Assembly: GCF_006345805.1 (NCBI RefSeq)
Contig: NC_043026.1
Location: 10,664,001-10,728,000, forward strand
Reading direction: 5' to 3'
Length of the DNA stretch: 64,000 nt
Source of the DNA: Octopus sinensis
Lineage: Eukaryota
The translations under genes and the position numbers were made by a program. Of the stretch, positions 26,318-38,134 are shown one piece after another; the stretch's first letter is position 1, and each line of letters begins with the position of its first letter. Under the pieces are notes generated by a model that saw only the letters and a list, made by a program, of their open reading frames with translations, was not told where the DNA came from and did no database searches.

Positions 26318-26543
26318 GGCGAGTTGGCAGAAATGTTAGCACGCCGGGTGAAATGCGGCTACGCATTTCGTCTGCCGTTACGTTCTGAGTTCAAATTCCG
26401 CCGAGGTCGACTTTGCCTTTCATCCTTTCAGGGTCGATAAATTAAGTACCAGTTACGCACTGGGGTCGATGTAATTGACTTAATCCCTTTGTCTGTCCTT
26501 GTTTGTCCACTCTGTGTTTAGCCCCTTGTGGGCAATAAAGAAG
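26318..26543 (+). mobile_element. SINE family B monomer
   Basis: TGGCGAGTTGGCAGAA head, GAGTTCAAATTCC box B, CATCCTTTCAGGGTCGATAAATTAAGTACCAG core. Confidence 0.9.
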
Positions 26544-26670
26544 TATATCTATAATTTACTGGGACGTGAACACACCAACACGTGTTGTCGAGTGATGGTG
26601 GGGTAGAAATACAGATACACATAGATATACATATATAAATATATACACACTCAGACATATATATATATAT

Positions 26671-26819
26671 ATATAAATACAGTGTACATTTAAACACCTA
26701 AGAGGTATCCATCATAGGATTCCTTTCACGCTAGAAGGAACAGCTAAAATCAAGCCACTAGCGTGGAAGAAGTTCTATGATGGATACCTCCTGTGTTTAA
26801 ATGTATACTGTATTTATAT
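26671..26819. mobile_element. Palindromic MITE (~65-bp arms)
   Basis: ATATAAATACAGTGTACATTTAAACAC..GAGGTATCCATCATAG mirrored at 26760-26819. Confidence 0.8.
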
Positions 26820-26909
26820 GAATAATATATAGTCTATTGACTAATTTTTCTACACGCTAGGCTACAGGTAGTAAAAATTTCTAAAATCTATATTACCCTG
26901 ATATTATTA

Positions 26910-27475
26910 TTATTATTGAGTGAGAGAGCAGTGCATGCGATCAAAGTGACACTGGGGTAAAATATACGAAGCTCGGTATACCCATCATGACTACCCGTCT
27001 GATAAGGGTACACCAGGCACATACATCATAACCACATGTGCGCGACATAGTGATCTCATATCAAGATAAACAGTGCATGACCTTACAGGTGGGGGCCCAG
27101 TTAGAATTTCCTTCTGGTCGAGTAGCCCATCCCGCTCAAAAGGTCCCTGAATAAGGATTATTTAGGGATGTTGAACAAACCACCCATGTTTCCAAAGGTG
27201 AATTATCCAAACCTCCAAGAATTCCTTTCAACACATGACTATGATGCTCCCCCACTACTTCTGCTCGTGATCAGAGATGCACATATCGTCTGCCACTAAG
27301 GGACATGCTCAACTGGTTAAAGTCAAACAACTAACAAGCAAATCTGTGGTATTGAGCAGAATATTTGCTGTAGCCCATCTTTTATACCAAGACAAAACAA
27401 TGTACATTATAACACTCCCAATCAGTTAAAATCTGAAGCCACGAGAGCCACTGCTTGGTACTGCATCAGGGCATT
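26910..27475 (-). repeat. Unclassified interspersed repeat bounded by (TAA)n
   Basis: GC-richer block with ATT-repeat ends, resembling a common octopus repeat from memory; single copy here, so unverified. Confidence 0.4.
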
Positions 27476-27489
27476 TATTATTATTATAA

Positions 27490-28990
27490 TATATATATAT
27501 GATGGACTGTCCCGTCGGTTTCGACGTATGAGGCACCGAGAACGTACTCTTTCTGTGCCAGTTGTAATACTTATATAGAATGTGACATTTAAGTCCCACC
27601 AACGATTTGCCAGGAAGGCCACAGTTGTTGCAAGTATGAGGATTACAGGTCAGTGCAGGTGGTATATTTACAGTAGCTTTGATCCTTTGCCTCACACCCC
27701 AAAGCCTGTTAATGCTAGTTGTAACAAAGGTTTCAATACCATTTTGACAACGATCTCCATTTTGTTCATTCCAAGACTGTTCGCTATCTTCATCTCTAAG
27801 AGGTTACGTTTCAGTTTGTCCTTATATCTGAGCCATGGTCGACCAACATTCCTCTGCCCACTCTTAAGCTGGCTTTACATGAGAACTAAGAGTATTCTCT
27901 CGTTACTCATTCTGATGACATGGCCGGCCCAGCAAAATTGTGATTGTATAAGGAAGCTCTCAATTCCACCAATTTGCTAAACAAATCTGCATTAAAAACT
28001 TTGTCTTTTAGTGAATATCCGCAGATTGTCCTTAGACTGTGTAAGATGTCTTTCTCTTTTTACTTGTTTCAGTCATTTTGACTGCAGCCATGCTGGTGCA
28101 CCGCCTTTAATCGAGCAACTCGACCCTGGGACTTATTCTTTGTAAGCCCAGTACTTATTGTCGGTCTCTTTTTGCCGAACCGCTAAGTTATGGGGACATA
28201 AACACACCAGCATCGGTTGTCAAGCAATGCTAGGGGGACAAACACAGACACACACATACATATATACGACGAGCTTCTTTCAGTTTCGTCTACCAAATCC
28301 ACTCACAAGGCTTTGGTCGGCCCGAGGCTATAGTAGAAGACACTTGCCCAAGGTGCCACGCAGTGGGACTGAACCCGGAACCACGTGGTTGGTAAACAAG
28401 CTACTTACCACACAGCCACTCCTGCGCAGTCTATTGGGTATCCACGTTTCTGAGCCATACAAGAGAGTAGTAAGAATGGCTGATTTGTAGACCTGTACTT
28501 TGGTGTCAAGTTTCCTGCTCCTTTCCTTCCATATGCGATGACGGAGTTTGTCAACTGCGTTGGTTACCTTTGGGAGACGATTTCATCATCAGGGGGAGCG
28601 TTCAAATTCACTTTACTACCAAGATATGTAAATGACTTCTCATAATTTAGGCTTTTCCCTTCAACCTGTATAGGTATGTTAGGAAAATTGCGAACCGGTA
28701 GCCTCTGCTTGACACCGAACTTGTTTCGGAGTAAGGCAAGGATTACTTCCGTCTTCTTTATGCTGATGGTTAAACCAAAGGCTTTACATGCAGCAGAAAA
28801 CCGGTATAGAAGTTCCCGACCTCCCTCTGCGAAAAGTAGATCACGAATAATACTGGTGCGTAGCAGTATTTTGGCTTTGAAACGCTGATGATTGCATAGT
28901 CCACCACTTGTTTGAAACTGGAATTTGACACCACTTTGTATGTCGCAAAAAGCATACCTCAGCATCACTGAAGAGTGCAAACAAAATAGG
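27490..28990 (-). mobile_element. Decayed RTE/BovB-like LINE 3' portion, interrupted by a family A SINE (28054-28427, -)
   Basis: ACKAFGLTISIKKTEV, FTYLGS, TKVQVYKSAILTTLLYGSETW, WAGHVIRM, GRPWLRYKDKLK and a terminal CxxC..GLKCH knuckle. Confidence 0.9.
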
Positions 28991-29512
28991 GGCCATATTA
29001 TGCCTTTTGTACATATTTGACTTTATTGAATTCCTCTGTATGGAAAAGCAATAACTTCTGCTATTACAAACATATTTAATGAGTGAAGCAATTAAAAATT
29101 AATAAACAATAAATATGCAGTAAATTGTGGAAGTGATATTCAACAAAGAACCGTGTTTAGGGTTGCTAGGAAGAAGGGTTTTAGTGTAGAAGTCCCTACA
29201 TCATGGGAAAGAAAAAGGGCTTGGAAGTAGAGGAGAGTGATGGGTGAAAATATAAAGAGAAAAAAACTGAAACTTTTGGAAATACTTTATTTTCAAAGTT
29301 GTAACATCCATCACATGAAACATGGGAATATTGAAAAGAAAACAAATGCTTACATTAAAACAAACTCCCCTTTTCCTATCTCTCCTGTACAAATATGACA
29401 GGGTGCAGCTAATTTACTACTTTCTGTGAATGATTTACTACTGAAAGAACTTCTCTTTTGTATGAATATGTTTGTGTGAAGTACTACCATCAAGACTGAT
29501 TTAGTACCGACA

Positions 29513-31039
29513 TCACAGTGAAATGGTCTCTCTCATATGAATATGTTTGTGTCTAGTTAAAGAACAACTTACAGTGAAGGATTTACCACAAATATCACAA
29601 TGATATGGTGTCTCTCCTGTATGAATACGTTTGTGTATAGTTAAGTTACCATTTTGAGAGAATGATTTACCACAGATATCACAATAATATGGTTTCTCTC
29701 CTGAATGAAGACGTTTGTGTGTAGTTAAAGCACTATTTTCCATGAATGACTTACCACAAGTACCACAATGATATGGCTTCTCTCCTGTATGAATACGTTT
29801 GTGTTTAGTTAACTGATGCCTTTTATGGAATGATTTACCACAGATATCACAGTGATATGGCCTCTCACCTGTATGAATACGTTTGTGTGTAGTTAAGTAA
29901 TATCTTTTAGGGAATGATTTACCACAGATATCACAGTGATACGGCATCTCTGCTGAGTGAATAAGTTTGTGTGTAGTGAAGTTGCTACTGTCAGAGAATG
30001 ATTTACCACAGACATCACAATGATATGGTTTCTCTCCTGAATGAAGACGTTTGTGTGTAGTCAAAGCACTACTTTCACTGAATAATCTACCACAAGTATC
30101 ACAAGGATATGGCTTCTCTCCTGTATGAATACGTTTGTGTGGAGTTAAGTTACTACTCTTAGAGAATGACTTACCACAGATATCACAATGATATGGCTTC
30201 ACTCCTGTATGAGTACGCTTGTGTTCAGTTAATCTACTACTTACAGTGAACGCTTTACCACAGATATCACAGTGATATGGTTTCTCACCTGAATGCAGAC
30301 GTTTGTGTGCTGTTAAAGAACTACTTTCAGTAAATGACTTGCTACAGATATCACAGTGGTATGGCTTCTCCCCTGTGTGAATACGTTTATGTGCAGCTAA
30401 AGTACTGCTTACAGTGTATGATTTACCACAAACATCACAATAGAATGGCTTCTCTCCTGAATGAACACATTTGTGCTTAGTTAAGTGACTACTTTGAGAG
30501 AATGATTTATTACAGTTATCACAGTGATGGGGTGTCTTTCCCATATGAATATATTTGTGTCTACTTAAGGTACTACTTTGAGAGAATGATTTATCACAGA
30601 TATCACAGTGATGTGGCTTTTCTCCAGTATGCGTAAGTCTGTGTGAAGTTAATTTACAACTTTGAGAGAACGATTTACCACAGATATCGCAGATATATGG
30701 CTTCTCCCCTGTATGAGTACGTTTGTGAGTATTCAGGTTACTTTTTTGAGAGAAGGACTTATTACAGATGTCACAACAATATGGCATCTCTCCTGTATGA
30801 ATACGTTTATGTCTAGTTCTGTCAATACTGCGAGTGAAAGACTTACCACAGATATCACAGTGATATAGCGTTTCTCTTGTATGAATATGTTTGTGTTCAG
30901 TTAGGTTACTTTTTTGAGAGAAAGACTTTTTACAGACATCACAATTATATGACAAATTTTCTCTCTCTGTCATATTTCCATGGGGATGGGAAATCAATTC
31001 TTTAAGCTTTTCACTCTTTTCCATGATATTTCTTCTCAA
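29513..31039 (-). CDS. C2H2 zinc-finger protein ZNF-D, 508 aa, 17 fingers
   Basis: 30-aa leader + 17 x 28 aa; ends through a 2-nt slip in a GA run (GAGACCATTTCACTGTGA). Confidence 0.95.
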   Translation of the reverse strand: MRRNIMEKSEKLKELISHPHGNMTERENLSYNCDVCKKSFSQKSNLTEHKHIHTRETLYHCDICGKSFTRSIDRTRHKRIHTGEMPYCCDICNKSFSQKSNLNTHKRTHTGEKPYICDICGKSFSQSCKLTSHRLTHTGEKPHHCDICDKSFSQSSTLSRHKYIHMGKTPHHCDNCNKSFSQSSHLTKHKCVHSGEKPFYCDVCGKSYTVSSTLAAHKRIHTGEKPYHCDICSKSFTESSSLTAHKRLHSGEKPYHCDICGKAFTVSSRLTEHKRTHTGVKPYHCDICGKSFSKSSNLTPHKRIHTGEKPYPCDTCGRLFSESSALTTHKRLHSGEKPYHCDVCGKSFSDSSNFTTHKLIHSAEMPYHCDICGKSFPKRYYLTTHKRIHTGERPYHCDICGKSFHKRHQLTKHKRIHTGEKPYHCGTCGKSFMENSALTTHKRLHSGEKPYYCDICGKSFSQNGNLTIHKRIHTGETPYHCDICGKSFTVSCSLTRHKHIHMRETISL

Positions 31040-31609
31040 ATCACAATGTACATATATTTTTCTTGTTTATTCTTATAAATACTTCCAGTACTTCATATCT
31101 GTCCACCGTTACTTTTCTCTATCAACACTTATGTAAATGTATCCAAATTTACTCAGTACACAAACTCATCTTGTAGACATTCCAGTCAGTGATGTTCAGA
31201 ACTTTTGCTAATAATCGCAGATCAGAGCAAATATTTTCTATGGTATCTACCATAGGTTTAAAGAAACAGTTTTATATATTTGCTCTGTATAAAATTTTCT
31301 TTTAGTCTTTATAGATGATAAATATCAAGAATGTGTCTTCACTTATTCCAATGTCATTTGATATTCTGAAATAATAAAGAAACAATAGTGTAGATATAGA
31401 GGTTACTTAAAATATACAGATTCAACAATGGAAAATTTACATTTCTAGAAACTGTAGAAATAAACATTTACCTGAACAATTGAACACTTTCATTAATTCA
31501 AATTTACATCACAGAATCTTGTGAATAGCTTATATATTTGTAAATCACAAACACACCTCTTTACACTGTATAATATTATTTAGATTAAATCAGAAAATAG
31601 GGGCAACGA

Positions 31610-31940
31610 TGGAGTGTAGAAGGTAGCTTCCATGGCTAGAAATAGCAGCCAAATCTCGCCCAAATTATAGACATTTCCATAGCTAGACATAGTAGCCAAA
31701 TTTCACACAAATCAACAGACATCTCTCATCCATTGCTAGAAATATCGGCGAAAGTACAGAATACGCACACCCGGTGGCTTAGGGTTAAGGTTACGCTGAA
31801 AATGGGTAGTATGCATATTCTTTACTTCCGCCGAAATAGCAACCAGTTCACGCACAAATCATAGATAGCTCTCATCCATAGCTAGAAATAGCAGCCAACT
31901 CACGCACAAATAATAGACATCTATCACCCATAAAAGACGG
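31610..31940. repeat. About 4 degenerate 52-bp-family monomers with an ~85-bp hairpin insertion (intron 1 of ZNF-D)
   Basis: GCTAGAAATAGCAGCCAA cores with the same left flank (AACGATGGAGTGTAGAAGGTAGCTTC) as arrays A and C. Confidence 0.85.
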
Positions 31941-32003
31941 GAGACACACAGAATCAATGCGCCAAAAACTGAACGTCTAGAATATTTAAGATAAAAGATT
32001 AAG

Positions 32004-32436
32004 GGCATAGTTTCGGTTGTAGTAGCACAGATTTCCGTCGATTTCCGTAAAAAACTTTTATTTTTTTACATAAGTAATGAGAGCGAAAGAGACTAAGAGG
32101 AAGCGATTTTACGACGATAAGGTTTCACTTTGAAATCGGCCTGTGTGCGTTTGATGGGGTGTGGGAGACAGACAGTATGTTGTGTAAGTGAAGTGCTTCT
32201 GTTAGTGTGTGTGAAGAGACAGAGAGAGTAATGTGTGAAAGAGAGAGATAACTGATTTTTTTACTCGGTGTATGTGTATATGTATGTATGCATGTATGTG
32301 TGTGTGTGTGTGTATGTATCTATGTATGTGTGTGTGTTTATGTATGTATGTATGTATGTATGGCCGATTCATCGTAATTTTTTACTCGGTGTATGTGAAT
32401 ATGTATGTCTGCATGTATGTGTGTGTGTGTAAGTAC

Positions 32437-32468
<32 letters not shown>

Positions 32469-33302
32469 ATGTATGGCCGATTCAGTGTTTACATTATTTC
32501 GAATTAAAACGAAAGATTACCTTGCGGCGCCTGTTTATGTAACAGTCTGCTATGTAGAAAATAATGAGGTTGACTCAATGGAATAATGACAGTGATCGAA
32601 GATATAGGCAAAAAGTTTTTTATTTAATCGTTATACATGCCTTGTCGACTGCTACTGTGCAGCCTTAATGTCTCTGTTGATGTGACGATGGTGAAATGGT
32701 AAGAAAAAGACGGGAGAGTTATAAAATGAGGAGGAGATATTCTTCTCATGAGAAAAGAGTTGCATTCAAAGGAAAAAAAAAGTTAATAGTCTATAGAGGT
32801 GCACAGAAACTGGGTGCAAGCATGCATATATATGCATGTGTAAACATTGTGTTGTGCAGCAAAAGGAACGAACAGTACAAAATGTGTAAGGAAAAGTGAC
32901 AAAATCCGATTGGTAATGTTCTGTGTGAAAAGTCTATGCCGGCCATACATACATACATACATACATAAACACACACACATACATAGATACATACACACAC
33001 ACACACACATACATGCATACATACATATACACATACACCGAGTAAAAAAATCAGTTATCTCTCTCTTTCACACATTACTCTCTCTGTCTCTTCACACACA
33101 CTAACAGAAGCACTTCACTTACACAACATACTGTCTGTCTCCCACACCCCATCAAACGCACACAGGCCGATTTCAAAGTGAAACCTTCTCGTCGTAAAAT
33201 CGCTTCCTCTTAGTCTCTTTCGCTCTCATTACTTATGTAAAAAAATAAAAGTTTTTTACGGAAATCGACGGAAATCTGATCTACGACATACGAAACTTCG
33301 CC
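32004..33302. mobile_element. Non-autonomous long-TIR DNA transposon (Merlin-like), ~360-bp arms, 8-bp TSD
   Basis: AGATTAAG|GGC..GCC|AGATTAAG (31996-32003, 33303-33310); arms 32028-32366 and 32939-33278 are nearly identical. Confidence 0.85.
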
Positions 33303-33333
33303 AGATTAAGTATTTCCGTTGTTGAATACTTAC

Positions 33334-33460
33334 GTGAATGCTTGATATGGACAGCGTTACTATAAAGAGTTTGAGTGTATAAAAAGACGATGAAAAGAAA
33401 TTCATACAACGGACATGTTTAATTCGATGTCAAGAGACATTGCGTGTATTGCGCATGCGC
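33334..33460 (-). promoter_or_regulatory. Putative non-coding exon 1 and promoter of ZNF-D
   Basis: GTAAGT donor at 33333; TGCGCATGCGC (NRF1-like) at ~33450-33460. Confidence 0.6.
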
Positions 33461-33542
33461 TTTTATCATATCTGATACTAAGGCTTGTTATCTCCCTTTA
33501 GGTAGCATTCTGTTGCAATTCAAAGTATTTCTATGTATTTAT

Positions 33543-33781
33543 GAGTGGTTATATACTGTCAACTTGACAGTCCTGTAAGGGAATTACACCACCGCTGTTT
33601 AGCCCTAGGAAGCATCGACGCTTCCTGTCGGCCTTGACACATTTCCTGTGTCCTTATATATTTACGAAGGGGAGACAAACACCCCCAACAGCTAGGAAGC
33701 GTCGATGCTTCCTAGGGCTAAACAGCGGTGGTGTAATTGCCTTACAGGACTGTCACGTTAAGTTGACGTATACAACCACTC
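33543..33781. mobile_element. MITE with ~85-bp TIRs and a 3-bp TAT duplication
   Basis: GAGTGGTT..AGGAAGCATCGACGCTTCCT arm mirrored at 33693-33781. Confidence 0.85.
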
Positions 33782-33842
33782 TATCGCTCCACCACCGTAC
33801 ATATCTCTATGAGATATTTAGAAATTTAATATTTCTGATATG

Positions 33843-34221
33843 GGCAATCTTTCGTCTCTAGTAGACCTTTCCGTCGATTTCCGTAAAAAAAATTTTTTTT
33901 TTACATATGGGCTTGCGGGAACTGTTGAAGTAATGAGAGCGAAAGAGACTAAGAGAAAGCGATTGTATGACGAGGGAAGTTCTTTTGAAGTTACCGTGCA
34001 TGGGAAGCATTGATGTACATGTGTGTGTGTTTGATGGGGTGTGGGAGACAGACAGTATGTTGTGTAAGTGAAGTGCTTCTGTTAGTGTGTGTGAAGAGAC
34101 AGAGAGAGTAATGTGTCTCTTTCGCTCTCATTACTTCAAAAGTTCCCACAAGCCCATATGTAAAAAAAAAAAATTTTTTATGGAAATCGACGGAAAGGTC
34201 TACTGGAGACGAAAGATCGCC
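33843..34221. mobile_element. Second, shorter Merlin-like element of the 32004-33302 family, 8-bp TSD
   Basis: CTGATATG|GGC..GCC|CTGATATG (33835-33842, 34222-34229); shares TTCCGTCGATTTCCGTAAAAA and GATGGGGTGTGGGAGACAGAC blocks. Confidence 0.85.
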
Positions 34222-34442
34222 CTGATATGTATTTATGCGTTCTGGGTAACTGGCTTGTTCCTTCATAGCGTATCTGACAGTTTTAAAGAGCAGATAAGAA
34301 AAAAAGTACCCACACTTAGAGGTATAATGTAACAACGTATATATACTTGCGCAACTATGAACACGCACATTTACATACAGACAACACAAATAAAAGGGCT
34401 CATATATAACTACACCTACGTAAACGAATATATATATATAGG

Positions 34443-34650
34443 TATACTCTTTTACTTGTTTCAGTCATTTGACTGCGGCCATGCTGGAGCACCGCCTTTA
34501 GTCGAGCAAATCGACCCCGGGACTTATTCTTTGTAAGCCCAGTACTTATTCTATCGGTCTCTTTTGCCGAACCGTTAAGTGACGGGGACGTAAACACACC
34601 AGCAGTTGTCAAGCGATGCTAGAGGGACAAACACAGACAAACATATACAC
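34443..34650 (-). mobile_element. 3' half of a family A SINE, broken at its internal microsatellite
   Basis: Consensus match stops at ACATATACACACAC, directly abutting the FAH exon. Confidence 0.85.
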
Positions 34651-34654
34651 ACAC

Positions 34655-34787
34655 TGCCGCCTCATGGACATTGAACTCGAAATGGCTTTCTTTGTGGGAG
34701 GTCCCTCCAACAACCTCGGCACCAATATCCCCATGGCGAAGGCGGAGGAGCATATCTTTGGAATGGTGGTCATGAATGATTGGAGCG
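34655..34787 (+). pseudogene. FAH: Isolated fumarylacetoacetase exon fragment (44 codons + GTAAGT donor)
   Basis: [44 protein letters not shown] vs human [43 protein letters not shown]; phase-1 donor at the position of human intron 8. Functional status unknown. Confidence 0.85.
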
Positions 34788-35035
34788 GTAAGTAGAAGAA
34801 AGGGGTCTTCAGGGTGCTGCCGTATATTGATGGTTGTATCCTGTGGGGTTCTTCTTTGCTTTTTTTCGGGGTTATTTAAAAAAAATTTTTTTTTTTTTTT
34901 TTTTTTTGATTTTTGTTGGAATTTAAAATTGGAGGAATTTGGGCAAAAAAAGAGTTTTTGATGTATCCAGACGAAGTAAGGAAATATCTTTGCATTTGTG
35001 TGTGGTTCCTGAAGCTATTGACTTACACCTTAGCA

Positions 35036-35506
35036 TACTCTTTACTCCTTTACTTGTTTCAGTCATTTGACTGCGGCCATGCTGGAGCACCACCTTTAGT
35101 CGAGCAAATCAACTCCAGGGACTTATTCTTTTGTAAGCCCAGTACTTATTCTATCGGTCTGTTTTGCCGAACCGCTAAGTGACGGGGACCTAAACACACC
35201 AGCATCGGTTGTCAAGCAATGCTAGGGGGGGACAAAACACAGACACACAAACACATACACACACACTTATATATATATACATATATACGACAGGCTTCTT
35301 TCAGTTTCCGTCTACGAAATCCACTCACAAGGCATTGGTCGGGCCGAGGCTATAGCAGAAGACACTTGGCCAAGGTGCCACGCAGTGGGACTGAACCCGG
35401 AACCATGTGGTTGGTTAGCAAGCTACTTACCACACAGCCACTCCTGCGCCTGTGAGATTTTGTTTATGATGTATGTGTATTATACATATTTGCATTATAT
35501 ATGTAT

Positions 35507-35551
<45 letters not shown>

Positions 35552-35950
35552 ATATATATATATATATATATATGGCCGTTCGCCAGCCTCGTCTGGCACC
35601 TGTGTCGGTGGCACATAAAATCACCCACTACACACTCTCGGAGTGGTTGGCGTTAGGAAGGGCATCCAGCTGTAGAAACACTGCCAGATCTGACTGGCCT
35701 GGTGCAGCCTCCTGGCTTCCCAGACCCCAGTTGAACCGTCCAACCCATGCTAGCATGGAAAGCGGACGTTAAATGATGATGATATATACGACAGGCTTCT
35801 TTCAGTTTCCATCTACCAAATCCACTCACAAGGCTTTGGTTGGCCCGAGGCTATAGCAGAAGACACTTGCCCAAGGTGCTATGTAGTGGGACTGAACCCG
35901 GAACCATGTGGTTGGTTAGCAAGCTACTTACCACACAGCCACTCCTGCGC
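35036..35950. mobile_element. SINE cluster: family A full (35036-35450, -), family C (35575-35783, +), family A 5' half (35784-35950, -), with (TA)n between
   Basis: Consensus matches. Confidence 0.85.
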
Positions 35951-36186
35951 ACTCAACGTTTATTTTGTGGACACACACACAAGGGATGGGAGGAAATTTT
36001 TTTTTTTAACTGCTCTTATAACTTTGAGACAAAATATTTTTTAAAATGTTCACTACCTTATAAGAAAAATATCAGTTAAGCAAATTGCCTTCCCTAAAAT
36101 GCATTAAAAGCATTATATCATAATCTGATAACTATTTCAGAAAATAATTGCCATTCTTTTTGAGTATATAAAAGAAAAATTTGGCT

Positions 36187-36895
36187 GGGGCAAAATGAGT
36201 AAGACATGATACAGTAAATTTGTTACTTCAGTTCCCCAGAAAACAGACTTATACACGTCAGTATTCATCCTTAGATATCAGAAAGGGAAAAATAATAAAA
36301 AAAAATATTAAATATCTAGGTCATAGGAAAAAGGCTCAGGGAAAAATGACCCATGGTATGAAATTAACGAAACTCGACTAAATAAAAAAAAATCTTCATA
36401 ACATATCCTCTATGGCTTCTTCACAAACAACTGGAGTCGTCTTCGTCATATATTTACACACCATTAAGTTAAAAAGAAAAAAATTACTGAAATTATATAT
36501 TACTCATTTTACCCCATTTTAGACATCATTTTTTGAAAATTGAAAATTATCAAACTAGACATTAGTGTGGGAAAAAATTCACTTGGAATCCGACAGAGAA
36601 AAGAATACTGATTGTTAAACATCAAAAATTATCCAGATGTTTTATGCGCAACCCCAGTTACAATAGTGTCAAAGTTAACTGGAAATTTCTTGATAAAAAA
36701 GGGGACCTGTAACCTATGTTTTGAACTCCCTCAACAACAACAACTATGATGACCAATCCTTACTCTTAAATATAACGTAGCAATACAAATGTTTATGCTA
36801 TACTTGCAAAGTAATGATTTCAAACAGTTAGGAAAAAATAATGAGAAATCAGAAGTTACTCATTTTGCCCCGGTTACTAATTTTGCGCCTCCCCT
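36187..36895. mobile_element. Probable DNA-transposon remnant
   Basis: GGGGCAAAATGAGTAA (36187-36202) is inverted at 36854-36869; the right end reads TAGGGGAGGCGCAAAATTAGTAACCGGGGCAAAATGAG on the minus strand. Confidence 0.4.
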
Positions 36896-36915
36896 ATATA
36901 TATATATATATATAT

Positions 36916-37170
36916 CATCATCATCATCATCATCGTTTAACGTCCGTTTTCCATGCTAGCATGGGTTGGACGGTTCAACAGGGGTCTGGGAAGCCAGAAG
37001 GCTGCACCAGGCCAGTCAGATCTGGCAGTGTTTCTACAGCTGGATGCCCTTCCTAACGCCAACCACTCCGAGAGTGTAGTGGGTGATTTTTACGTGCCAT
37101 CTGCACAGGTGCCAGATGAGGCTGGCAAACGGCCACGATCGGATGGTGCTTTTACATGCCACCGGCACAG
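36916..37170 (-). mobile_element. SINE family C
   Basis: (CAT)n tail and GGATGCCCTTCCTAACGCCAACC core. Confidence 0.85.
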
Positions 37171-37178
37171 GATATATT

Positions 37179-37210
<32 letters not shown>

Positions 37211-37704
37211 TAATAACAATAATCCTTGGACGGAATTTATAAACATGTAATGTCGAAGCGAACCTGTATTGTGGCATATTTTCTTGCGATCTGATAAACA
37301 TTTAAAAAACCCAAAATGAACGCCATCATCACTTAATGTCTCCCTTTTTCTCTCTGTCCTCCTCTCCCGCTTTGCCACTCACTTCTTCCTTTAAAGCAAG
37401 TGTGACACACACCACAGGTATGTACGTACAAAAACAACAAGTTGGCATATTAATATTATTGATTATTGTATTTAATTCTATGACAGTCACAGCTAGATGA
37501 TGCTAATGTTGTTTCCAAAAGGGTTGGGAATAAAATATATTTTTTCCCCCCATAATAATGACAGACTGAGGCATACTGTTGACTTTTTTTTGCCCATTTT
37601 ATTTTATTACAATTGTTTTTATCATTATGATCCAATGAAATTTCGCCATATTGTAATTTATTATACATGGTCACTTGGGTAAGGAATAATCATGCTTATT
37701 TTCT

Positions 37705-37915
37705 CTTTTGATGATGGTTATTGATGTTGGTGCGGGTAGCAGTGATGATGATGATCATGATGACATTGATGTTGATGATTGTCATGGTGGTAATGATGAA
37801 TCGTAATTATAATGATGATAGCAATGAGAGTGATGTTGGTGGTGATAATGATGGCAATGACATTGATTTGATGACTGTTAATGTGGTGATGATAAATCAT
37901 GATTATGATGATAAT
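37705..37915. repeat. Degenerate (GAT)n microsatellite
   Basis: Direct reading. Confidence 0.8.
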
Positions 37916-38134
37916 TACTAATTTGGTAGAGTGTGTTTTACCAAGAGATTGGTTGTGTTTAACACATTTGTGAAGTTATGTTGAGGTTTGCATCTAGGCA
38001 TAATCTGAGAGCTGAATGGCACCTTTCCTTTCACACTTTTCAAACAGTCCTTCAATGGTCTGCGGTTTCTCTACCACCAACCATCTTTCTCCTGGATGCT
38101 GCAGTTGGATGCACACCAATTGTCTTCATATTGA

